Shown one piece after another: positions 22,277 through 34,499 of a stretch of 64,000 nt of DNA; the stretch's first letter is position 1, and each line of letters opens with the position of its first letter. The position numbers and the translations under genes were made by a program. The stretch lies in the NCBI GenBank assembly GCA_019828565.1, contig JAHDYR010000012.1:558001-622000 (forward strand). Reading direction: 5' to 3'. Origin of the DNA: Carpediemonas membranifera BICM. Taxonomy: Eukaryota; Protista; Fornicata. A model generated the notes under the pieces. The model did no database searches. It saw nothing but the letters and a program-made list of their open reading frames with translations, and was not told the DNA's origin.

Positions 22277-25200
22277 GAACTAGTTCTAGAACTGAAGAGA
22301 GAATTCGTTTACTTGGGGAAATCCGCATAGTTGGACCAAAGGTCAATCGTGGTCAAACCCACGTCACTACCCCCTTCGACGAGAAAAACCCACCTGCTAA
22401 AGGAAGGGAAAAGAGGGTACTTAGTACTTGTCGAGGGACTTACGAGCTTTGCGTGCCTTACGCTTGATGATCTCGAGGTGCTTTATGGCACCGAGAGGCT
22501 CGTCGGTCAATTCATCGTAGCCTAGCCACTTGACCCGGGCTGAACCCTTTTTCCAGTCGATAGATACTATATCTTCGACTCTGTACTGCTCCTGATCCGA
22601 CTCAGCTAGCTGCCTCATAAGGTCTTCGCTAACATCAGTCTCGAACTTCATCAGCTTGTCAATATGCGTAGCCTTGAGCCGGTTATCGCTTAGCGACATG
22701 AGCTTAGCTCTGTTGTTAGGGAGTACCTCTACCACCTTCCACGGACCTGTGTGGGGTGTGTCAAGTTTTTGAGGGGCTTCGTTCTTCCAAAGAACGTAGT
22801 CCCCTGGCTCTAAGCCTGTGGTCTCAATCGGGCTCTGGTGAGGCCCTACTGCCTGTTTTGCCGCCTCTTCGAGGTTAGCCAGGGTGACCTTAAGGTTTTC
22901 GTAGAATCCTTTGTAGTCGAAGACGCCTAGCGTCTCTTCCGACCACAAAGTACTGTCCATTATGTTGTGTGGGTGGCCATAGACCAGCTCGTGGGGGGTA
23001 AATCCCGTGGCCGCCTGCAGTGTACCGTTGATTATCATCCGTACTGTTGGAAGTAGGGTCGACCAGTCGTCCTTAGGAGCGATAGAGAGAGCCATCCACC
23101 TTAGGTGTCTTGCTACCTCGGCGTTACGCCTCTCCGCCAGCCCATTGCTTTGTGGGTGGTAAGGTGTCGTGAAGTGACGGCTGACCCGTAGGGTGTCCGT
23201 CAACGCTTTGACTATCTGGTTTGCGTATTCTGGTCCGTTGTCTGACAGGAGCTCCTTAGGTAGCCCGTGCCTCGAGAATACGTTGTCCCATAGGGCTTGC
23301 GCGACGGTGTCTCCGTCGATGCTCGCTACCGGAATGAGTTCCGTGTATCGCGTGAACATATCCGTCGCTACAATGATGTAGCGGGCGCCCCTCTGATCCT
23401 TCGGTAGAGGTCCCATGGAGTCGACCGCTACGGTCTCCCAGGGTGACGTTCTAGTCGACGACCCAGCCTCAGGCTGCAGATAGTTCTTGATCCTCGCCTT
23501 AAGGCAGATCGGGCATGTGCGAACAATCCGCTTGCAGTCTTGCAACATGCCTGGCCAATAGGCCATGGTCCTCAGGCGCTGGTACGTAGCGTTGGTTCCA
23601 CTATGGAACTGGTGTGCGACCTTGAGGTACCGCGAGCGAATATCGCCTTCTGGTATAATGGGGACGGCGTCCTTCAAGTAAACGCCGTCCACCAGGGTTA
23701 CTCCGTCGAGTTTCACCCAACCTTCCTTAGTAGACTCGGGCTGCTTGGCCTGGTCATCCCGAACCTCCTCTAAGGATGGTCCCAGGGTCGCTTCCCCCAC
23801 GTCTAGCAGGTTCGCTTGTTCCTGGTTACCAGAAGGAATATCCCTCGACAGCATATCCGCCATCTTGTTTGACTCACCCGCAATATGCGTGATGGAGAAA
23901 TTGTAGTCTGATAGAATCATAACCCATCTGAGCAGCTTTTTTGAAAGTTCTTTTCTCTTCAAGAGATAGACTAAGTTCTGGTGATCAGTATGAATCTCGA
24001 TCTCGTCTTTAAGACGGAAAAGCTGTGCCATGTCGGGACGAGTCAGACAGTAGATGATGGCGTGGAGTTCTTGCTCATATGTGGGCCAACGCGACTGAGC
24101 CGGCGTGTGGACACCTGCGAAGAAACTCACTAGTTGGCGATTTCCGCCGTCACTGTCCTCCTGGTACAGGATTCCCCCTAGACCCTCATTCGACGCGTCC
24201 GTCTCGAGGATCCATCTCTTAGAGATGTCAGGGAAGCTTAGAACAGTGTCAGATGTAAGCTTAGCTTTGTAGGCTTCGAAAGCTTGGGTATGCTCGTCCG
24301 TCCAAAGGTCGGAGAGTGAGCCCTTGACCTTTAAGGCGGTGGTGAGTAGGTGGTTCAGGGGACGGAGTGTCCGAGCAGCGTCTTCGATGAACTGCGCAAC
24401 GTAGTTGAATGAACCTAGCACCCTCTGGAGTGACTTAGCCGTCTCAGGGACGGGAATATCCCAGATCGCCTGTACACGCGATGGAGCCAGCTGCTTCCCT
24501 CTCTCAGAGACGATATAGCCTACGGCCTCCTCGTGGTCCGTGCCGATTTTGCACTTGCCTGCTTTCAAGCGTAGCTTGTACTCGCGGCAGATGGAGAAGA
24601 CTTTCTCCATCAGGGCGACGAACTCGTCCTCCGAGCGAGCATATACCATGATATCATCAAGGTATATGTCGACTCCTTTATGGAGGATTTCCGCAAAGGC
24701 CCGCTGCATAGCACGCTGGAACCTTGAGGGAGCGTTCGTCAGACCAAAAGGACACCTAGTGAACTCGAAGTACGAGTCCGGGGTAACGAACGCGGTCTTA
24801 GGAATATCCTTTTCACTCATGTTCATCTGATAGTACCCCTGCCTTAGGTCTAGGCCTGCAAAATATTTGCAGCCTGCCGCGCGATCCACGAAATGTCTAA
24901 CATTTGGGATCGGGAACTTGTCCTTGATCGTTAGGTCGTTCAGCTCTTTGTAATCTACGCAGAGTCTGATTTTCTGGGAGCCCTTGTGACCTTTCTTCAC
25001 CACCACTATGGGGGGAACTGTAAGGGCCTCGAGACTCACGGATAATCCCAGATCTCCAGAGTTCCTCGAGCTCGGTCGCTACAAGCGCCGCTGTCGCGTC
25101 GGCAAGGCCTCTAGCTCTCGCCTGGACAATGTCCCGCTCGTTTACGAGCTCTATAGTCATCTCCTCCAGGTTAGACCCTTCTGCGGGGAGAGACTCTTCC

Positions 25201-26711
25201 CAAATATCGGGGAAAGCGGACACGAGCTCTTCGAGCTGGGGCTTTATCGCTGAGTCCGGAATATCCGGGTGGTTCTCTTCCACTTCAGCTGTGTTCAGAT
25301 CCTCGTCGAGGTATCTGTGAGTGAATGGAACCCACTCTGATTCGTCCTCTGAGCCTAGCTTCTCGAGGTTGAAGTTGAGTGTCTCATCGTCGATGAACTT
25401 GAGCGACCTAAGAAGGTCACAGCCCAATAGGACCTTAAAGGCTTCACCTGGAAGCACATAGAACTTCCAGGTCGTCGTAATGGGCACTGGGCCGAGCCGT
25501 TCTAGACGGAAGGTGAGCGTAGCTACTTGGTTCGTCCGAACCTTGTGGTTATCCCCTAGGGTCACAGTGATCCACTCTCCAGTGTCAACTGATACAGCGT
25601 CCCTGGGTAGCTGGCGTACAACCTTCTGGCTCATAAAGCATATACTTGCTCCAGTGTCGACAGTAAAAGAATACTCACGGCCATTTATAGTTGCCGTGGT
25701 TGTCATGGGACCGGCAGACGAAGTCTGGGCCGCGTTGGCCTGAGCCTGGCGCTCCTCAGCGGCGAACTTCGGGTGCTGAGGGCAGCGGTAGTCCTTGTGC
25801 CAGCCCTGACAAAACTTGCAGGGTCTGGTAAGAGGCTGAGGAGCCTGCTGGCCCGAAGGGCGCTGACCCTGAGGTCTGGAGAGGTTGGGGCCCTGAGGGC
25901 GCTGGCTGTTGGCAGGATGCGTAGGGCCTCGGCCCACACGCTTGACGTGGCCGGCTGGAGCCGGGACGTGGGCCTTCTGGCCCCTGGGGGTCCCCTGGCG
26001 GTCAAGGAACTTAGCCGCCTTGACCGCCGACTTGACTGTATCGTCGAAGGAGTCATCGCCCCATAGGAGCGAGATCCATCTCGTCTTAGTCTTCAGGGCC
26101 TTAGGCCGCTGGAGGGCGTCGATGAGCAGTCTGCTACAAAGCTGCTCAAAGCGGTGACGTCTGGAGGATACCTCCTCGTCCGTGGCGGCCTCGGGGAGGT
26201 CCTCGCCCGGAGGAAGGGAGTCGAAGAGACGCATCCGGTTTCGGAAGCTGGCGACCAGCACACGGGTTGCTCGCTCGATAGAACCCATGGCGGTGCCGTT
26301 GGGGACATTACGGGTACTGTCCCAGTCAAGAGAGAGAGATGCTAGGTTATCTAGCAGGTCGATGACGTTGTCAGGAGTTACGAGCTTGCGCATCAGAGTG
26401 GAGAGTTGATCAAGGGTAGCTCTCGTGAAATCGACGTCGGGGTATTGTGCTTGAAGTTCTGTGATGTCTTCGAGTGACAAGAAGTCCGTGGGAGCAACCT
26501 TGCTGTTCGTTGCAAGGAAAATCCTGCCCATACGCTCAAAGGCGTCGATACTCTCGATGGTTGCATCTTTCAGCTTGATAGTGGGGTAATTACCTGTAAC
26601 GGTGTTGATTGAAGTACTCATGAACTAGTTCTAGAACTGAAGAGAGAATTCGTTTACTTGGGGAAATCCGCATAGTTGGACCAAAGGTCAATCGTGGTCA
26701 AACCCACGTCA
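22276..26711 (-). mobile_element. Ty3/Gypsy LTR retrotransposon A with ~91-bp LTRs (26711-26621, 22366-22276) and PPT 22367-22376
   Basis: TG...CA repeats, AAGGGGGTAG before the 3' LTR, gag-pol inside. Confidence 0.85.
22421..26621 (-). CDS. Gypsy A Gag-Pol (zinc knuckle, protease, RT, RNase H, integrase, chromodomain); single +1 frameshift in a C-run near 25010-25015
   Basis: CKFCQGWHKDYRC, VDTGA, YLDD, ETDAS, H-H-C-C, VDS/SDNG/AERRN, GPW, VKWLGY. Confidence 0.92.
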
Positions 26712-26831
26712 GTTGGTCTCCAGTATGCGCTCCTCTCGCCATTCAGTATGCAAAGCATCAATTAACAACATCATATGCTGTTTTCTAGAGGTTGTGGCTA
26801 ACGAAAATGCGCAAATCAAGCAGAGCATGAT

Positions 26832-29800
26832 TTACAGACCGTCGATCTTGGCTTGCTCTGACTCTAGGTACTCAGTGAGCGCGGCCAAGTCTTTGACGAA
26901 GCTGTAATCCTGCAGGGTGGCTTCGGAGTCCTCGAAGCCTGTCCAGTGCACCAGATAGCGGCGTCTGGACATCGGACATCTCTTGCTACCGTCGGGACCC
27001 TCTGAGCGGCTGATCCGATCGACGTACCACTCCTCGGTAGCGGCTGCGGCAAGCTCCTTGATCTGAGTGTCGGACAAGGTGCCAGGGTTGAACCGTCGGA
27101 CTCTGGCAGCGTCGACCTTGATCGTCGGGCCGTCTCTCGGCTGCGACAGGTCCTGTACAATGTAGCCCACGGTGACACCGTCGCGCTTGACTGACTCGAC
27201 TCTTCGCATTGGGCCACGCCACCCCGGCGACAGCTTATCTGGGGGTCTTTTGGCGTACTTGACGAGCACGTAGCGACTGAGGATCTCTGAGCGGGTAGAG
27301 GACGCTCTGGCGAGCGCCTCTTCACGCATAGTTGAGATCCTGGACTTAGCCAGCTGTACCGCAGCCTCGGCGGCCTTACGGTGGGACTGGGTGATGCCTG
27401 CGGAGGAAGCGTCCGTGGTATAAAGCGTCGATGGGATAGTGATGTTGGCTCCCAGCATGATCTCGGCCGGGGACAGCCTCGTAGGGATTCTCGGCGTCGA
27501 ATTGGCAATGAATCTTGCGACTGGCAGGTGTGTGAGCCAGTTGGGGTTTCTTAACTGGAACTTACGGGCCTTAAGGATCCTCTCGACTTGCTGGTTCGCT
27601 CTTTCCACCATCCCATTGGCCTGAGGATGGTACGCGGTGGTGATATGCTGCTGGAACCCCACCTCTTGCGATAGTCGTCGGAATAGGCCATTGTGAAACT
27701 CAGATCCGCCGTCTGACTGGAGTACTTGCGGCGCTCCATATCTTAGGACCCAGGTATTGATAAAGGCCTCGGCTGCTTCTTTTCCGGAGTTGTTCTTGGC
27801 AGGGACTAATTCAGTCCAGCGAGAGCACATATCTACCATGACGGTAATATACGAGTACCCGTCACAGGACGGCAAAGGACCCATCGTGTCGATTGCCACG
27901 CGTTGTAGTGGGGTGTCAACAGCTGTGTGGAGACCGTCGGGTTGGTCGACCGGCGGCCGATCGAGGACTTGGCAGATCGGACAGTCGGATACGACCCTAT
28001 CAACTGCATCGCGTGAGACTGACAGTCCTTGGCCACGGAGGCGCTCGATCGTAAGACGTCTCGACAGGTGGACGTCGGCGAACAAGTGAGCTTGGTGAAT
28101 CTGTTCGGTCGTTGCTGTCTTCTTGGCCATGGCAAACACCCTAGACAAACCGTCAGCGGCACCGTTATCGAGACCGGGAACGTGGGAGATAGTGAAATCG
28201 AGATCGGCGATAGAATCGGCCCAGCGCCTGACCTTAGCGTTGACCGACTTATACATATAGAGCAAGTTACGGTGGTCGGTCTTGATCTCGAAGCGCTCCC
28301 AGCACAAGAACTTGCGCCAGGCCTGGAGCGCGGACACAATGGCGTACGCCTCTTTTTCACCAACACTCCACCGCGACTGTACATCATTAAATGCCTTCGA
28401 TAGATAGCAGACGGGCTTGCCGTCTTGGAGGAGAACCGCTCCGTATCCCACGGCAGAAGCGTCAGTCATAACAACGTGTGGACGCGTGGCGTCGAAGATC
28501 GCGAGTGCATCCGCGGAGCAGAGGGCGGCTTTCGCGTCTTCTAGTGCTTTGGAGACGTCAGCGCTTGTAGAACTCGTCTTACCGGACATTGCATCCGTTA
28601 TAGGCTTGACTCGCTCGGCGAAGAAAGGGATATGATCGCGGAAGTAGTTCAGGAACCCGTGAAGGGCCTGGAACCCTCTTGTGGACTTCGGGACTTTCAA
28701 CTGTGCTATATCTTCAACACGCTGAGGCGAAATGCGAACCGTACCATTGTGGATGATCCACCCCAAGAATTCAACTTCGGCACAGCCGAACTGGCACTTA
28801 TCCCGACCCAGGTGGAGTCTCATCTTTTCGACTCGGGCCATCACTCGCTCTAGGTTATCCAGATACTCTGCCTCAGAGTCTCCCATTACAATAATGTCAT
28901 CAATATAGATAATGCAGGAAGATCCGACCAGACCCTCGAACGCAGTCTCCATCGCGCGCTGGAAATAAGCCCCAGCGTTCCGCAGGCCAAACGGCATGCG
29001 AGTGTACTGATACTGTCCGAAGACAGTTCGGAAGGCCGTTAGGTGGCGACAACGCTCGGTTAGCGCGATTTGGTGGTAACCTGCGGCAAGGTCAAGAGTG
29101 GCGAAGATCCTCTTGCGACTCAATTGTGCCAAGATCTCGTCAATGCGAGGAATCGGATAGTCAAACGGCTCGGTCAAGGAGTTAATTTCCCGGAAATCGA
29201 CCACGAACCGCGTCTTCTCACCCTTCTTGGGGACAACGATCGTCGGGCTAGAATAATCAGACTGACAGGCCTCTATGAAGCCTTTTGCAAGCAAGGTGTC
29301 AACGTGCTCCTTAACGATGGGGACCTTAGGAGGAGGCACGAAGTATGGACGGACGTTCACGACCTTGTTTCCCTTGATCACCAGGTCGTAGGGGTCTAGT
29401 AGGCTAGGTGCATCACGCTCTTTGAAGTTGGAGGCGTATCGTCGAAGTATAGACGACTGTCGGTCGCGTGCCTCTTGGGACAGCTCGGACATGGCTTGTG
29501 CGATGTATTTCGTGGCCGGTGGGGTCTCACTAGAGTCCTCAGTCGGGTCGGAGGAGCTGGGAATGGCGCTTGGCAAGAGTCCGAGACTTACCATCTGAGG
29601 AAATCCGATGATGATGTCGAACGCAGTGTCTATCACGTAGGCGCGGAGAGTGAGTGTACAACCATGAGGAGTGAACGGAGATGGATCCAGCTTGAGGGTT
29701 ACTTCTACCTCGCCTTCTGCTTGACGGGTATCTCCGACGGTGTGGATTTGCGTGGGTTCTCTCGAGATCCATTTGCAGCGTTTCTCGTCGACTAGTCTGG

Positions 29801-30191
29801 GGCTTATGGTGGAACAGTTGGCACCAGAGTCGAGTAAAGAATTGGCTTTGCGCTTGCCGAGACGAGCGTTCACAACAGGGAGGTCACCCGGGGAAATCTC
29901 CTTCGGGGCATTCAGGGCCGCGACGAATTTTGAATCCGAAACAGAATGAACACACCGGCGCTGATTTACTCCCTTCTTGGTAGGGCAGTAATCGGCCAGG
30001 TGTCCTGACTTGTGGCACTTAGGGCAGAATGCCTTCGGCTCAGCGCACTTGAAAGACGGATGCCCGGGCTTACCGCAGTTGTAGCACACGTACTGCTTCT
30101 TGGGCTTGTTCTGACGGTTGGGCTTCACTATGGGCTTCGAACCTTGGCGGTCGTGGCGCTCCGAGGGATCTTGGTGGTCACTGCGTGGCTC
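26832..30191 (-). CDS. Gypsy B Gag-Pol, 3' portion (two CCHC knuckles, protease, RT, RNase H, integrase, chromodomain)
   Basis: CYNCGKPGHPSFKC, LDSGA, YIDD, TDAS, IDT/SDGG/VERAN, YLVHWTGF. Confidence 0.95.
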   Translation of the reverse strand, partial: EPRSDHQDPSERHDRQGSKPIVKPNRQNKPKKQYVCYNCGKPGHPSFKCAEPKAFCPKCHKSGHLADYCPTKKGVNQRRCVHSVSDSKFVAALNAPKEISPGDLPVVNARLGKRKANSLLDSGANCSTISPRLVDEKRCKWISREPTQIHTVGDTRQAEGEVEVTLKLDPSPFTPHGCTLTLRAYVIDTAFDIIIGFPQMVSLGLLPSAIPSSSDPTEDSSETPPATKYIAQAMSELSQEARDRQSSILRRYASNFKERDAPSLLDPYDLVIKGNKVVNVRPYFVPPPKVPIVKEHVDTLLAKGFIEACQSDYSSPTIVVPKKGEKTRFVVDFREINSLTEPFDYPIPRIDEILAQLSRKRIFATLDLAAGYHQIALTERCRHLTAFRTVFGQYQYTRMPFGLRNAGAYFQRAMETAFEGLVGSSCIIYIDDIIVMGDSEAEYLDNLERVMARVEKMRLHLGRDKCQFGCAEVEFLGWIIHNGTVRISPQRVEDIAQLKVPKSTRGFQALHGFLNYFRDHIPFFAERVKPITDAMSGKTSSTSADVSKALEDAKAALCSADALAIFDATRPHVVMTDASAVGYGAVLLQDGKPVCYLSKAFNDVQSRWSVGEKEAYAIVSALQAWRKFLCWERFEIKTDHRNLLYMYKSVNAKVRRWADSIADLDFTISHVPGLDNGAADGLSRVFAMAKKTATTEQIHQAHLFADVHLSRRLTIERLRGQGLSVSRDAVDRVVSDCPICQVLDRPPVDQPDGLHTAVDTPLQRVAIDTMGPLPSCDGYSYITVMVDMCSRWTELVPAKNNSGKEAAEAFINTWVLRYGAPQVLQSDGGSEFHNGLFRRLSQEVGFQQHITTAYHPQANGMVERANQQVERILKARKFQLRNPNWLTHLPVARFIANSTPRIPTRLSPAEIMLGANITIPSTLYTTDASSAGITQSHRKAAEAAVQLAKSRISTMREEALARASSTRSEILSRYVLVKYAKRPPDKLSPGWRGPMRRVESVKRDGVTVGYIVQDLSQPRDGPTIKVDAARVRRFNPGTLSDTQIKELAAAATEEWYVDRISRSEGPDGSKRCPMSRRRYLVHWTGFEDSEATLQDYSFVKDLAALTEYLESEQAKIDGL

Positions 30192-30663
30192 AGTTCACCA
30201 ATGATTTCAGCAAAGTGGAAACACTTCGATCATGGATGGACAAGGACCAACAGGCCTGGCCTATATGGATAGGGCATTGCCCCATGGAGCTCAGAAGGAG
30301 CGGCCTTGGCCTCCTGTCTGAACATTCAAGGGTTGCTATCAGGGCATACCGCTGGGCGCGAGTGGGAGCTCCACGCCCATACCAAGGAATCAAAGTGTCT
30401 TCATGGAACGTATGTTTACAAGGAAAAGGAAAACAACCGTCGAGGGCCAGTGCTAGCACCGGCGGCTACATGGTTTTGTCAAGACCACAAGGAAGGAAGG
30501 GCAGCACAAAAGGGAAACAGGGGCCGTCGATAGAGGCTAAAAGGAGACTACGAACAAAGCAACAACAACTACACAGAAAGGCCCCGCTACTCAGAAAAGG
30601 GCGACGCATTTTTAGGACCGCGCCTTTTTGAAAGAATGGCCTATATAGTTCGGAGCATGGACA

Positions 30664-33600
30664 ATGGGAGAAACTGGAAGGCCTGGACGGAGACCTCACC
30701 CGGATATGTACATGTGGCCCGACTTTCGGACCCAAAAATTCCGACCCAGTTTATGGACTAGGAAAAGGGGAGAAATTTTGCACTCAACAATGCAGGTAGA
30801 AATACCGACAAGGATCAGGGATTCCACGCAGAAGCAGTGGGAGGACATCAGGGAACTACTGGACAGCTTCCTCGCTGAAAGGAACGATTCAAGGACTCTA
30901 CTTCTTCGTAGAACAGGTAAGTTTACAGGAAAGTCGCTCAATGCGAACTCCAAAGGACGCAAGGAAGTAATCATGAACGCCAGACGCATCCTCTTCGCAA
31001 CCGGCGTCACTGACAACAAGGACATCATCCTCAGGAACCCATGCGGCATCCACGGCCTCCGCGACCTTTTCTACATGCTCACAGAGGCGCTCAACCCCAG
31101 AGACGAGGAAGCAAAGGACATGGCACAGGCACTGGAGCCCAAGACGCTGAAAGCGGGCTTCACTGGCATGGCAAGATGGCCATCTGAGAAGGACATCGAG
31201 ACGGCGATCCTCAAGCCGAAGGAAGATGGGCCCATCGAATGGGATGTAGACAGGGACAGCGTCAAGAAGGCCGAAGGGTCGTTCATACTGGTATCAGGGG
31301 CTCATGGAGACGAGGCCGTAGAAGGCGTGCCTTACGACAAGGTATGGGATCCGGCAAACCAAGGCCCGGTCACCAGAGTGGCCTACGAGCAAGAGGACGG
31401 CAAGTACAGGGTCATCCTAGAGCTAAGCGACACGTCAGCATGGTCCATCAGCCGCTTCATGGAGGAGGCTAGGGACATCCTCAGGCTTCAGGCACCGGAG
31501 GCCCCGGCCATATGGCAGGCAGCATGGAACAAGTCAGGGATCTACCTGAAGGGCAGAACCAATATCCTGGGCGAAGGGGAGGAGACCCCCCTTAGCAACG
31601 AGCCGCCGTTCCGGAAGGTGAGGCTGGAAGTGCTCAAGGCCACCTCGGTCCGCAGCAATAGGGACGAACATGCCGATCTGGACAGGTCGTCCGCTAGCAC
31701 GGTCATCGACGGAGACGAGGAGCAACATGTCAAGGACAAGGAGGAACGACGCCAGCAGGCCACCATGCCCGGCAGAAGAAGCCTCGACGACAGCCTCCTG
31801 GAAGTGAACAAGGACATGGTCGGGGCCAACCAAGGCAAGATCGACCAGGACGAGGAGGTCGACTCAAACAAGGTCAGCAGCCAGCCGCCGAGGATGCCTA
31901 GAAAGGACAAGGAGAAACGACTGGTGATCGGAGCCATCGACTTCGAGTGCGCAGACCCTGGCGTCAAGAAGGCAGGGATCCCTGCCATCCCGGTTGAGGG
32001 CGGGATCGTACTCTTTGACCTCAGCACTGGGGACATTCTTGGACACGGGCATGGCCTGTATTACCAGGACATACCGGCAGCAAGCATGGACCAAGCGAGG
32101 TACACGGCATGGGCAGTGACGGGGCTGCCGCCGGCCACCTTCGTGGAGGTCGGGACGGGGCGGCCGCCGATCGAGTATGAGAAGCACATACATACTTTCA
32201 GGGACTGGGCCAACCGCCTGGCGGCTCAGCTGGCAAGGATCGAAAGGTCGGAGGGTTGGAAGATAATCATGTATGCAAAGGGGGTGGAGATGGAAAGCTT
32301 CCTCCTCACGAACCCCACAAATGGACTGGAGCAAGGAACCAGGGAATTCTTCCAAGCTAGGCTGGTGGACGAGAAGAAGCTACCAGAGATCCTGGAGAAC
32401 AACGGCAAGGAGGAGGCTGGCCAAAACCTCAGGGACAACCTCGACAAGGCCAACTACCTGGAAGCAGTAACAACATGGTCAAATGGATGGCAGAACAGGA
32501 GCGAGCCCAAGGGAGTCTGTCCGTACCACAGACACACCGCGGGTTGCTACCACTGTGGGTTGGCGGATACAGTAGTCTTCACAGCCAGGATCAGGGCCCT
32601 ATGCAAGGAGAGGATGAGCACCCCAGACGTCTACCACTACATGGGTAAGGCACTCGACAAGACCATGGAAGCAGTCGGGAAGGCGGAGCCGGGCATGGAT
32701 ATCATGGGAGGCCCGGAATTCGCGACAAGGAGGGACACCTTTGAGATCTTCGGCACGTACCCGATCGGGGACGCAAGGGACGTCAGCAGGGAAGTCGGCG
32801 ACAGGATCCTCGTAGTCCCGGACAACGGACACCGCTTCGGCATCGGCTTCGGGTTCGGGGAGGTTCTGTTGGGCATGAAGGGCATCTTACTGCCCCCCTC
32901 ACAATCATGGACAACGAAGGTGTACTGGAGAGAAGCCCGCTATGGACCATCATGGAAAGAGCCACGGCTAACCAGCTCCGCATGGTACGCGTCAGGAAGG
33001 GCCTAGGGGCAGCAAGGGAGGAGGACATCATAACCATGGCCATGCTATACGAGTGGTGGCCCTCGAAGGAGGCTACGGCTCATCAAGGAGTCTGGGGCTG
33101 CGACGACCTAGCAGAGAGCCTCAGGGACTATGAGAAGGTCATAGTCAACGTCAAGGCCCCCAGGAACAGGGGTAGGATCACCCTAGGGGCGAGCTTCATC
33201 CCGAGAGACTGGGGGCATGGTCAGGGTCAGCGAGGCTGGGACCATCCTAAGCCGCATGCGCAAGGAAGGGGCCAGACTAGTCTCGGCAGCTATCCCGGAC
33301 GAGCCCAGAGCCAACACAGTCAATGTCCCAGGCATCACGTATGTCCCCACCATCGACGGAAAGTCCGAACAGCCATACCAAAGTAGGTTCTTCGACAACG
33401 GCCTGGAGGAAAAGGCGAGGCGGATTAGCACCAGGATGGTGGGCAGGCACTTCGGCCAGGACGCGGATCAAGGACATCACGACCAGCATGGAGACAGGGA
33501 AGAGGACAGAAGGGTAGGACACGGAGCCGGCGGTAGAGCTGGTGTCAGAGCTGACGACAGAACCGGCGACAGAGCTGGTAACATGAACAGGACCTCGGAT

Positions 33601-34167
33601 CGTAACCACGGAGGAGACGACAGGGAGAGACAGGACAACACGGGAACGCAGATGAGAGGCTCGTTCAGCGGGAACACCTGGGCCGGTAGAGGCTCAGAGG
33701 GAGGCATGGACAACAGCAAGGATCACTCTTCCTCCACGACGCTCAAGCGCAAGGAGGGCAGCACGAGTAGGATCATGGACTCGGACAGCGGAAAGAGAAG
33801 CAGGCACGAAGAGGACATGGACTGGGAGTCTGGAAGCAGACAGGCAACCGGCATGGACTCGGAGAAGCTGCGGCTCCGAAAGCAGTTGGCAGAGGCGCAA
33901 CAAGAGATCTCAGCGCTCAAGTCTGCCCGACTCATGCAAGAGCAAGGCCACGGAAGGTTGGTGCTCTCCGGCGTCGCGACTAAGCCCAGCAAGGAGAAGC
34001 CCACGATCCCCCGGCACAAGCACAAGAAGGCTAAGAAGGCCAAGCAGATCTCACCCATGGACCTGATGACCCAGTTCATCACGGTAATGCAGAGTCTACA
34101 AGGACAGCAAGTGAGTCAGGCCGAGGACAGCTGCAGCGGCAGTGGGGAGTCCACGGAGGAGGAGTAA
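30664..34167 (+). CDS. LINE ORF1 copy 1 with Maelstrom-like DEDDh nuclease domain (~31921-32600); two indels at homopolymers (~32898, ~33213)
   Basis: Colinear with the intact ORF 38114..40954. Confidence 0.8.
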
Positions 34168-34499
34168 GGACATGGTAAAGCAGTATTCTTTCAAGGAACA
34201 AGCAACATTTTCTTTATAATTCACAAGCCCTGGCTCCCACCCAGGGCCCGGCATTAGCTGAAATGCACTGCCGGTAGGCTGTAGCGGCAGCCAAAGGGGG
34301 GGTCACGTCATATCGTCCCCCTCCTAAGTACCCTGCCCGAAGAATGGAAGGTCACCAGGTGGTAACAAGGTTGGCCTGACAAGGGTCACCGAGACCGGCA
34401 TCTAGGCCCCTTGTTAGGACAAGGATAGCAGGAGAGGAGCGGGAAGCTGGGGCTCCCAAATTCTGGGAATTCGCAGGATAAGGAAACAGGACAAAGGCA

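Noticed and set aside
25005-25020. Programmed gag/pol ribosomal frameshift
   Set aside because: It falls inside the conserved RT start (PYSSPIVVV) in a C-run; like the indels at ~3935, ~32898 and ~33213 it looks like a homopolymer error or mutation
26721-26750. Two CAGTATG words resembling transposon ends
   Set aside because: No CT flank or subterminal palindromes; they lie in the Gypsy B 3' region
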